Source of the DNA: Alphaproteobacteria bacterium
GTDB taxonomy: Bacteria > Pseudomonadota > Alphaproteobacteria > Rhodospirillales > Rhodospirillaceae
Direction: 5' to 3'
NCBI GenBank assembly: GCA_015228695.1
Contig: JADGDA010000001.1
Span: forward strand, 16,283 to 49,768
DNA: 33,486 nt
Positions 1 through 7,393 of this stretch are shown piece after piece (positions within the stretch are counted from its first letter, which is position 1; every line of letters starts with the position of its first letter). Made by a program: the position numbers and the translations under genes. A model generated the notes under the pieces. The model was not told the DNA's origin and did no database searches. It saw nothing but the letters and a program-made list of their open reading frames with translations.

Positions 1-233
1 GACGGGGACGGGGACGGGCAACCCCGCCGGGCCTCCCAGCCCAGCCCCTCCCCGGCAAGCTCCGCCCCCGTCGCCCCCGGATCGAACAGGCGGGTGAACA
101 TCACGTTGCTGTGGGCGACGAAAAGGCTCCCGTCCAGCTCCAGCGCCCGCCGGTAATGGGACAACGCCTCCGGCCAGTCCCCAAGGTCCCGGAGAACGTT
201 CCCCAGGTTGTTGTGAAGATAGGCCGTCGCGGG
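1..233. repeat. Partner copy of the 6426..6658 tract
   Basis: Same alignment as the 6426..6658 entry. Both copies encode ...PATAYLHNNLGNVLRDLGDWPEALSHYRRALELDGSLFVAHSNVMFTRLFDPGATGAELAGEG.GWEARRGCPSPSPS on the minus strand. Confidence 0.95.
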
Positions 234-833
234 AAAAAGGGCCAGGGCGCGCTCCAGGGTCTCCCGCGCCTCCAGCTTCCGGCCCAGCCGGGTCTGCGCC
301 ACCGCCAGATTGACCAGCAGGGCCGGGGAGTCCGGGGCTCCCGCGCCGGCGTCCAGGGCCTCCTCCCAGGCGTCCAGGTCCACCAGCGCCTTGACCAGGG
401 AGGTCCGCGCCGGATGGAACCCCGGATCGAGTTCCAACGCACGCCGCAGCGGGGGCAGGGCCCGGACGGGGTCTCCCGCTCCGGCCAGCAGGTCGCCGAG
501 GTTGGCGAGGGCCACGACGTGATCCGGGGCCGTCGCCAGGACGCGGCGGAGGTCCTCTTCCGCCGCCTCCGTCTCCCCGAGCGCCCGCAGCGCCTGGGAC
601 CGGTTGACGCGGAAGGCGGGAAAGGACGGCAGCCGGGACACCGCCCGGCCGATCCAGTCCACGGCCTCCCGGTGGCGGCCCTGCCGGTGGAGGGCGACCC
701 CCAGCAGATGAAGAAGGTCGGCGTCTCCGGGATGGTCGTGCAGCAGGACCCGGCACGCCCGTTCCGCCTCGTCGGGCCGCCCCGCCCGGTGGGCGGCCAG
801 AACGGCGTCGAGGGCGCCTAGGGGAAGTCCCAT
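1..833 (-). CDS. TPR-repeat N-terminal part of a SPINDLY-type (GT41-like) glycosyltransferase paralog (paralog A); the 3' end lies beyond the left window edge
   Basis: Absent from the ORF track because it has no stop inside the window. Hand translation of the minus strand from ATG 833..831 gives MGLPLGALDAVLAAHRAGRPDEAERACRVLLHDHPGDADLLHLLGVALHRQGRHREAV..., which is TPR-like and open down to base 1. The last 233 nt are nearly identical to 6426..6658 in paralog D. The start overlaps the upstream stop by 16 nt. Confidence 0.75.
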   Translation of the reverse strand, partial: MGLPLGALDAVLAAHRAGRPDEAERACRVLLHDHPGDADLLHLLGVALHRQGRHREAVDWIGRAVSRLPSFPAFRVNRSQALRALGETEAAEEDLRRVLATAPDHVVALANLGDLLAGAGDPVRALPPLRRALELDPGFHPARTSLVKALVDLDAWEEALDAGAGAPDSPALLVNLAVAQTRLGRKLEARETLERALALFPATAYLHNNLGNVLRDLGDWPEALSHYRRALELDGSLFVAHSNVMFTRLFDPGATGAELAGEGLGWEARRGCPSPSP

Positions 834-3091
834 GACGTCAGCTTTTCCCCGCGCCCGGCGGCGGCGACGGCGGCGGCGATGAAGGCCTCGAATTCGCGCA
901 CCATCTCGATGTTGTCGAACAGGATCGCCGAACGCCCGCGGATGGCGTCCTGCACCTGCCCGCGCCATTTCTCGTCGCGGGCGAGGCGCAGGGCCTTGGC
1001 CACGTAGTCGTCCACGTCGGCACAGACAAGTTCCTCGTACCCCATGCGCCGATACAGCCCGAGCGACACCCTCCCGCGCATGAAATCCCCCGGAAGCGTC
1101 ACCACCGGCGAGCCCAGGGCCAGCGCCTCGTGGGTGGAGTTGCCGCCGCTGAAATGGAAGGGATCAAGGTTGACGTCGGCGACCTTCAGCAGATTCATGA
1201 AGTCCAGCCGCGGCATCTGGGGCAGGAAGGTGATCCGGTCGGCGACCTCGGGACAGCACAGGGCCATCCGCTGGTGCAGAGCGGGTTTCCAGGCCCCCAT
1301 GGCCGAGGTGGTGATGAACAGATGACCGTCCGGGTCCTCGGTCAGAATCCGGCACACCGCCCGGTCGAAATCGGGATGGAACTTCATCAGATTCTGGGGA
1401 CAGATATAAACGTGGGCCGACGGGGGCAGGCCCAGCCGGGCGCGGTCGCCGGGAACCTCGTCCACGGGAGGACGGGGGTAGCAGGTCGGCAGATGCTTCA
1501 GACGGATCAGCGTTTCGCTGTAGTGACTGTCGCCGTCGTCCGGCTCCAGCAGGCGGGAGGACAGGAAATAGTCCATGGCGGGAATGCCGGTGGTGTCGGG
1601 ATGGCCCCAGGTGACGCACTGCACCGGGGCCAGCCGGGAAAACGCCAGGAAATAGACCTGGGCGACCATTCCGATCTCGAAATAGAACAGCGCGTCGAGT
1701 TCCTCCTCCGCCACCACCGCGCGGGCTCCGGAAAGATCGCCGGGGAGACGGCGGACCTTGTCCACCAGCCGGTCGAGGGCGTCGGATTGATCGTCGGCGA
1801 CGCCTCCCGGCCGGAAGAACACGATGTCCAGGCGGTCGCGGGACAGGTTGCGGATCAGCCCCTCGTTCAGATTGTCCAGCGTCCGGTTGTGCAGATAGGA
1901 GCCGACGATGCCCAGCCGGAGCTTTCCGCTCTTCCTCTCGCCCCGCCTCCCGCCCTGGGGCGACGGGAGGCAGTGGGGGGCCACGAACTCCAGACCGGGG
2001 ACGGTGGCGCGATAGAAATCGGCGATGCGGCGCTGAATCTCCACGTCGTTCAGATTGTGATAGGCGAGGCCGAAGCCGGTCTCGCCGACCTGCCGGGCGG
2101 GATCGGGAATGGAGAACCCCGGCTTTTGCAGCCTGTCCAGGGTCTCCACCAATTGGCGGCGATAATCGAGCATGGCTTCCATGGACGGATAGATCCGGTG
2201 CGCCAGCAGCGCCTCGCGCACGCTGAGCCCGCTCGCCTCCCGGCCCTCGTCGGCCCGGCGGCAACAGGCGCGGGCCTCCTCGATCCTGCCGAGCCGCTTG
2301 TAGGCGCTGGCGAGGTTGAACAGGGCGAGAGACGACTCCGGCGTTCTTTCCAGCACCTTCCGATAGAGCGCGATGCTTTCGTGGACCAACTCCGGCACCT
2401 GGCTGGTGTTGGCCGAGTCGATGGCGATGGCCAGATTCATCAGGGCGTCGGAGTAGTCGGGCTTGAGGGCCAGGGCGTTCCGGAAGGCGTCGGCCGCCGC
2501 CGCTACCCGCCCCAGGTCCAGATAGGCCACCCCCAGATTGCAGTGCACGGACGCATTGTAAGGATCGGCGGCGACGGCGTTGGCGAAGCAGTGAAGGGCC
2601 TCCTCGGGCCGCTTTCCGCGCAGGATGACCCCCAGTTGGGTCCAGGCGTTCACGTTCCGGGGATCGGCGGCGGCGATGGCGGCCCAGACCTCGCGGGCAT
2701 CGCCTCCCCTGGAATCGCGGAGCGTGGCCAGCATCTCCAGGGCGCCGAGCGCCCCGGCGGGGAGGGTGCCGAGCGCCCCGGTAGGGAGAGCGAGGGCTTT
2801 TTCGAAAACCTGCTCGGCCTCCTCCGCCCTGCCCTTCTCCGCCAGAAGGCACCCCAGGTTGGTGATCGCTCCCGCATGGGCGGGTTCGAGGTCGAGGGCC
2901 CGGCGGTAGGCCGCCTCCGCCTCCCCGTGGCGGCCCCGGTCGTGGAGCATCGCCGCCAACTCGAACGCGATCCTGCCGTCCCCGGTCCACGACTCGTCCG
3001 CCCGGCGCAACACGGCCTCCGCGTCGTCGCCGCGTCCCTGCCGCGCCAACCCGGCGGCCTCGACCACGACGGTCTCCGGTTTGACGGACAT
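818..3091 (-). CDS. TPR-repeat + GT41-like glycosyltransferase, divergent subtype (paralog B)
   Basis: Inner part of ORF 818..3304. I chose ATG 3091 (MSVKPETVVVEAAGL...) because AAAGG lies about 8 nt upstream and it sits 4 nt after the upstream stop. TPR repeats occupy the N-half. The C-half carries GT41-type motifs (APVQCVTWGHPDTTGIPAMDYFLSS, VYICPQNLMKFHPDFD, DPFHFSGGNSTHEALALGSPVVTLPG) and is clearly more diverged than the other paralogs. The first 71 codons of the listed ORF look like out-of-context R/G/P-rich extension. Confidence 0.85.
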   Translation of the reverse strand: MSVKPETVVVEAAGLARQGRGDDAEAVLRRADESWTGDGRIAFELAAMLHDRGRHGEAEAAYRRALDLEPAHAGAITNLGCLLAEKGRAEEAEQVFEKALALPTGALGTLPAGALGALEMLATLRDSRGGDAREVWAAIAAADPRNVNAWTQLGVILRGKRPEEALHCFANAVAADPYNASVHCNLGVAYLDLGRVAAAADAFRNALALKPDYSDALMNLAIAIDSANTSQVPELVHESIALYRKVLERTPESSLALFNLASAYKRLGRIEEARACCRRADEGREASGLSVREALLAHRIYPSMEAMLDYRRQLVETLDRLQKPGFSIPDPARQVGETGFGLAYHNLNDVEIQRRIADFYRATVPGLEFVAPHCLPSPQGGRRGERKSGKLRLGIVGSYLHNRTLDNLNEGLIRNLSRDRLDIVFFRPGGVADDQSDALDRLVDKVRRLPGDLSGARAVVAEEELDALFYFEIGMVAQVYFLAFSRLAPVQCVTWGHPDTTGIPAMDYFLSSRLLEPDDGDSHYSETLIRLKHLPTCYPRPPVDEVPGDRARLGLPPSAHVYICPQNLMKFHPDFDRAVCRILTEDPDGHLFITTSAMGAWKPALHQRMALCCPEVADRITFLPQMPRLDFMNLLKVADVNLDPFHFSGGNSTHEALALGSPVVTLPGDFMRGRVSLGLYRRMGYEELVCADVDDYVAKALRLARDEKWRGQVQDAIRGRSAILFDNIEMVREFEAFIAAAVAAAGRGEKLTSWDFP

Positions 3092-3095
3092 GGAG

Positions 3096-5309
3096 TTACC
3101 TTTCGTTCTTCCGACCATGGTCCCCGTCCTTTCCGCTCCGTCCCTCGCACCATTGCCGCCACATCCGGCGATAGCTCTCCTCGACGGCGGCGGTGACGGC
3201 GGCGGCGTCGAGAATCGGGCTGTCGCGGACAATCCCGCGCAGGCCGGCGCGATAGCGGGCCAGCCGGGGACGGTCCGTCGCCAGCGCGACGGCCAGTTCC
3301 ACATAACCGTCCTGATCGGAAGCCACCAGTTCCGGAACCCCCGCGTTGCTCAGCATGGTCACCCCATAGCGTTGACCGGCGAGGTGTCCGGCGAGGGTGA
3401 CGACGGGAACCCCCATCCACAGGGGGATGAGGCTGGACGTCGCGCCGGTCAGGGGGAAGCTGTCGAGGATGACGCCGACGCGCCCGTAGACGGTCATCTC
3501 CTTGAGCCAGCCGCCGGGAACGCCTTCCAGGTCGAACCGTCCATCCCCCAGACGGGCGAACCGCGACCGCCAGTACTTGGCCTGATCGGGAAATTCAAAG
3601 GTTTTGTGCTTCAGCAGCAGCCGCGACCCCGGAACCCGGTCGAGGATGCGCGTCCACAGGCCGAGGCTCACGTCGCCGATCCGGCTCGGCTCGGCGAAAC
3701 AGCCGAACAGGACGCCTTCCTCCTCGGGCAGCGGCGGAACCTCCGGCCAGTCGTCGCGCGGGAGGAAGGGGGCGACGACGTGGGGCATGCGGACCAGCGT
3801 TTCGGTGAAGTGATCCTCGTACCCCGGCGGAGTCAGATAGGGATCGCTCAGGATATAGTCGATGGCGGCCACCCCGGTCGTGGTGTCGTGGCCCACCAGG
3901 GTGGTGACCTGGACCGGGGCCGGCTTGCGGGCGAAGACGTGCATGCGCATCCCCACGGTGTGACCGGCGCAGTCCACCAGGATGTCGATGCCGTCGGCCT
4001 GGATCATGGCGGCGGCCTCGTCGTCGCTTTTCGGCAGGATCACGCGCCAGCGGTCGGCGAGGTCCTGAAAGCGGCGGGTGACCGCGTCCTCCTCGTCCAC
4101 CTGGGAATAGCAGGTGATCTCGAACCGTTCGCGGTCGTGGGCCCGGATCAGGGGCTCCAGGAAATAGGCCACGGCATGGTTGCGGTAATCGGGCGACACA
4201 TACCCGATGCGCAGACGGCGCTCGGGGTCCGGCGCGTTGGCGTGGGACAGGCGGGGAATGGAGCCGAGGTGGCGGGCGTTCCACTCGCGGTAGGCGTCGC
4301 GGAACACCTCTCCCTCCACCCGCCAGTCCAGGCGCAGGCAGGCGATGACGTTATGGTGAATGCCGAAGTCGTCGGGAGCCAGGGCCGCCCCCTTGCGGAA
4401 GGACTCCTGGGCCAACTCGATCTGTCCGCCGGCGTGATAGGCGTTGCCCAGGGCCTGATGGGCAAGGGCGAAGTCGGGCTTGAGTTCGACCGCGCGCGCC
4501 GCCGCCTTGATCGCGCCGGAGATCCGTCCCACGAGCCGGAGGAGACGGCTCAGATTATAAAGAATGATGGGATTATCCGGGGACAGGTCCAGCGCCCACT
4601 TCAACATCGTCTCCGCCTGCCCCGTAAGCCTCAGGTCCTGATAGACCAGCCCGAGGTTGAAAGCGGCGTCGGCATGGCGGGGCTCGATGTCGAGGGCGGC
4701 GCGGTAAGCGGCGACGGCCTCCTGGCTGCGTTGGAGTTCGTGCAGGATGCGGCCCCGGACGAAATGCGCCGGGGCGTCGGATTTCCCCATTGCGATGGCC
4801 TCGTCCACGACGGCCAGGGCCTCGGGGAGACAGTTGGCGCGGAACAGGACCGACCCCAGCCGGAAACGGACGTCGGCGGACGACGCGCCAAGGGCGATGG
4901 CCTTCCGGTAGTACTCGGCGGATTCGGCCGGCTTCTGTTCCCGATCGAGAACCTGGGCCAGGTTCAGATGGGCCTCGATCATGCCCGGATCGAGTTCCAG
5001 GGCCCGCCCGCAGGCCCGGCGCGCCTCCTCCAGGCGGTTCAGCCCCAAAAGGGCGACCGCGAGGTTAGACCAGAACTGACTCGTCTGACGCAGGGACAGG
5101 GCCTTGCCGATCAACTCGACCGCCTGTTCCCCGTGGCCGCACTGGTGCCCCAGCAATCCCAGCATGTGCAGGACATCGGGCTCGTCGGGGGAGACCTTGA
5201 GAATCCGGCGGTAGAGGGTTTCCGCCTCGGCGAACCGGCTCTCCGCGTGATAGGCGACGGCGCGGGCGTAGGCTTCCTCCAGCGACAGGCTTTCCGGCTC
5301 TCCGGCCAT
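3096..5309 (-). CDS. TPR-repeat + SPINDLY-type GT41-like glycosyltransferase (paralog C)
   Basis: Inner part of ORF 3096..6446. The start is ATG 5309..5307 (MAGEPESLSLEEAYARAVAYH...), forming an ATGA overlap with the upstream stop, with GGGAGGGG 6 nt upstream. GT41 motifs are LRIGYVSPDYRNHAV, GIDILVDCAGHT, PAPVQVTTLVGHDTTTG and LDSFPLTGATSSLIPLWMGVPVVTLAG. Confidence 0.9.
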   Translation of the reverse strand: MAGEPESLSLEEAYARAVAYHAESRFAEAETLYRRILKVSPDEPDVLHMLGLLGHQCGHGEQAVELIGKALSLRQTSQFWSNLAVALLGLNRLEEARRACGRALELDPGMIEAHLNLAQVLDREQKPAESAEYYRKAIALGASSADVRFRLGSVLFRANCLPEALAVVDEAIAMGKSDAPAHFVRGRILHELQRSQEAVAAYRAALDIEPRHADAAFNLGLVYQDLRLTGQAETMLKWALDLSPDNPIILYNLSRLLRLVGRISGAIKAAARAVELKPDFALAHQALGNAYHAGGQIELAQESFRKGAALAPDDFGIHHNVIACLRLDWRVEGEVFRDAYREWNARHLGSIPRLSHANAPDPERRLRIGYVSPDYRNHAVAYFLEPLIRAHDRERFEITCYSQVDEEDAVTRRFQDLADRWRVILPKSDDEAAAMIQADGIDILVDCAGHTVGMRMHVFARKPAPVQVTTLVGHDTTTGVAAIDYILSDPYLTPPGYEDHFTETLVRMPHVVAPFLPRDDWPEVPPLPEEEGVLFGCFAEPSRIGDVSLGLWTRILDRVPGSRLLLKHKTFEFPDQAKYWRSRFARLGDGRFDLEGVPGGWLKEMTVYGRVGVILDSFPLTGATSSLIPLWMGVPVVTLAGHLAGQRYGVTMLSNAGVPELVASDQDGYVELAVALATDRPRLARYRAGLRGIVRDSPILDAAAVTAAVEESYRRMWRQWCEGRSGKDGDHGRKNER

Positions 5310-7393
5310 CAGTTCCCCTCCCTGGCGCAGGCCTCCCGCCACAGGCCGCGGAAGGCGGCCTCCATGGCGCGGGCATGTCCCCCGGCGTCCAGCAGCGGAG
5401 AGGCCCGCAGCCGTCCGCGCAGCGTCTCCCGCAGCTCCCGCAGCCGGTCCCCGTCCCGGACCAGACCCGCCGCGATCGCCACCGAGCCGGGGCCGTCCGC
5501 CGCCACCAGCTCCGGAAGGCCCGCCGCCGTGAGCACCGCAGCCCCGAACCGCTGCCCCGCGTGGCCCCCCGCCACCGCCACCACCGGAACCCCCATCCAC
5601 AGAGGAATCAGCGCCGACGTCGCCCCGCTCACCGGCCAGGTGTCCAGAACCACGCTCACCCGGCCGTAGACCCCCATGTGCGCGCCCCAGCCTCCGGCGA
5701 GCCCCTCGAACGAGGACCGCTCCGCCACTGCCGCGAACAGAGACCGCCAGTACGACTCCAGGCGCGGCGAGTCGTAGGCTCCGTGCTTGAACAGAAGACG
5801 CGACCCCGGAACCTCCTCCAGAAGCCGACGCCACCATAGAAGCTGCTCCCCGTCGATCCGCGACGGATCGGACAGGCACCCGAACACCGGCGGACCCGGC
5901 GGAACGGGAGCCGCCTCCGCCCACTCCTCCCGAGGCTGGAACGCCGCGAACGCGCCGGGAATACGCACCACCCGCTCCGTGAACTGCCCCTCCGCCCCCT
6001 CCGGCGTCAAAACCCCGTCGGTCAGCACATGGCCGATCCACGACAGACCGGTCGTTCCCCCGTACCCCAGAACCGCCGTGACCTGCACCGGAGCCGGCCG
6101 CGCCGCCAGCGCCAGAAGCCGGTTCCCGTGGGTGTGCCCGGCGAGGTCCACCAGGATGTCGATCCCGTCCGAGCGAATCCGCTCCGCCAGGACCCCGTCC
6201 CCCATCTTCAGCGTCTCCACCCACCCGTCCGCCAGGGACCGCAGACGCTCCGTCGTCCGATCCGGGCGCGGCGTCCCCGAGTAGCACACCACCTCCACCA
6301 CTGAGCGGTCGTGCGCCCGCAGCAGGGGCTCGGTGAAGAACGCCACCGCGTGCTCCTTGAAGTCCGGGGACACATAGCCGATCCGCAACCGCTTCTCCGG
6401 GTCCCGCGCCACCGGGGGAGGCAGGGACGGGGACGGGGACGGGCAACCCCGCCGGGCCTCCCAGCCCCGCCCCTCCCCGGCAAGCTCCGCCCCCGTCGCC
6501 CCCGGATCGAACAGGCGGGTGAACATCACGTTGCTGTGGGCGACGAAAAGGCTCCCGTCCAGCTCCAGCGCCCGCCGATAATGGGACAACGCCTCCGGCC
6601 AGTCCCCAAGGTCCCGGAGAACGTTCCCCAGGTTGTTGTGAAGATAGGCCGTCGCGGGGGACGCCGCGATGGCGGCGCGGTAGACCTCGGCGGCCTCCAG
6701 CTTCCGCCCGGTCCGGTCCAGAACGATCGCGAGGCTGTTGAGAACGTCGAAATGTCCGGGGCGGAGGCGCAGCGAGGCCTGATAGGATTCGATCGCGTCC
6801 ACCGGACGGTTCGCCTCCAGCCAGACCCCTCCCAGTTCATGCAGGCGGGCCGGATCGGAAGCCGCGAGGCGGGTGGAGTGGGTCAGGTGGGCGACGGCCT
6901 CGTCGAAGCGTCCGAGCGCGGCCAGCGTCCCGGCCAGCGCGTTCCGCGCCGACCAGTTGTCCCCGGACAGCCGGACAGCCTCGGCGAGGCTGGCGGCGGC
7001 GTTTTCAAGCTCGCCCGTTTCCCGGAGGAGCAGACCGAGGTTCAGATGATACCCGCATTCGCCGGGCTCCAGGGCGATGGCCTTGCGGCACGCCTCGATG
7101 CCCTCCCGATGGCGGCCCATCCTGCGGCAGACCTCGGCATAATTGGACAGGAAGCGGGGCGGAGGCGTCTCGCACATCTCGATGGAGCGGAGGACCAGAC
7201 GTTGGGCCGTGTCCAGGTCGCCTTCGATGTGCCGCATCAGGCCCAGCATGTGCATGGCGTCGGCATGCCCGGGAACCCGCGCCAGCAGCATGCCGAGCGC
7301 GGCAACGGCGTCCTGGGTCCGGCCCGCGTTCCGATGGCCGATCGCCGCCGCGAACAGATCGTCGGGGGACGCCCCAGGGGAAGACCCGGTCAA
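5309..7393 (-). CDS. TPR-repeat + SPINDLY-type GT41-like glycosyltransferase (paralog D)
   Basis: Inner part of ORF 5309..8260. The proposed start is TTG 7393..7391, a TTGA overlap with the stop of the upstream gene, with GAGGAGGG upstream. Sensible TPR sequence begins right there (LTGSSPGASPDDLFAAAIGHRNAGRTQDA...). GT41 motifs are LRIGYVSPDFKEHAV, GIDILVDLAGHT and LDTWPVSGATSALIPLWMGVPVVAVAG. The exact start is uncertain. Confidence 0.85.
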   Translation of the reverse strand: MTGSSPGASPDDLFAAAIGHRNAGRTQDAVAALGMLLARVPGHADAMHMLGLMRHIEGDLDTAQRLVLRSIEMCETPPPRFLSNYAEVCRRMGRHREGIEACRKAIALEPGECGYHLNLGLLLRETGELENAAASLAEAVRLSGDNWSARNALAGTLAALGRFDEAVAHLTHSTRLAASDPARLHELGGVWLEANRPVDAIESYQASLRLRPGHFDVLNSLAIVLDRTGRKLEAAEVYRAAIAASPATAYLHNNLGNVLRDLGDWPEALSHYRRALELDGSLFVAHSNVMFTRLFDPGATGAELAGEGRGWEARRGCPSPSPSLPPPVARDPEKRLRIGYVSPDFKEHAVAFFTEPLLRAHDRSVVEVVCYSGTPRPDRTTERLRSLADGWVETLKMGDGVLAERIRSDGIDILVDLAGHTHGNRLLALAARPAPVQVTAVLGYGGTTGLSWIGHVLTDGVLTPEGAEGQFTERVVRIPGAFAAFQPREEWAEAAPVPPGPPVFGCLSDPSRIDGEQLLWWRRLLEEVPGSRLLFKHGAYDSPRLESYWRSLFAAVAERSSFEGLAGGWGAHMGVYGRVSVVLDTWPVSGATSALIPLWMGVPVVAVAGGHAGQRFGAAVLTAAGLPELVAADGPGSVAIAAGLVRDGDRLRELRETLRGRLRASPLLDAGGHARAMEAAFRGLWREACAREGN
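6426..6658. repeat. 233-nt near-identical copy of window positions 1..233 (inter-paralog tract)
   Basis: Base-by-base comparison gives 231/233 identical. The mismatches are at window positions 43 and 153 (6468 and 6578). Identity stops abruptly at 233/6658. The left end is truncated by the window edge. Confidence 0.95.

Noticed and set aside
1-18. The (GACGGG)3 hexanucleotide repeat, also at 6426..6443, as a possible phase-variation tract.
   Set aside because: The unit length is a multiple of three, so slippage would only add or remove Pro-Ser dipeptides in a linker. Three units is also short. There is no evidence for an on/off switch.
101-442. ORFs 101..442 (-) and 6526..6840 (-), with similar C-termini, could be taken as a duplicated small gene.
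   Set aside because: They are the same off-frame reading of the 233-nt duplicated tract inside the TPR genes. The real frame encodes TPR sequence.
1130-3196. Very long plus-strand ORFs antisense to the TPR-GT41 genes and slt (1130..3196, 3081..5669, 6311..7750, 7414..9678, 9591..10736, 11814..13832, 13796..15829), plus long alternate-frame minus ORFs (1164..2990, 2650..3420).
   Set aside because: Their translations are R/G/P/A-rich low-complexity strings with no recognisable motifs, typical shadow ORFs of high-GC DNA. The opposite-strand or other-frame products carry clear family motifs.
5310-6446. N-terminal extensions of listed ORFs (e.g. 3096..6446, 5309..8260, 7390..9747, 11616..13952, 13733..16369, 818..3304, 10729..11916, 19327..20541) that would make genes overlap by hundreds of nt.
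   Set aside because: The extended parts read through the upstream gene in another frame and are Arg/Gly/Pro junk. Sensible protein sequence and SD motifs begin at the internal starts I used.
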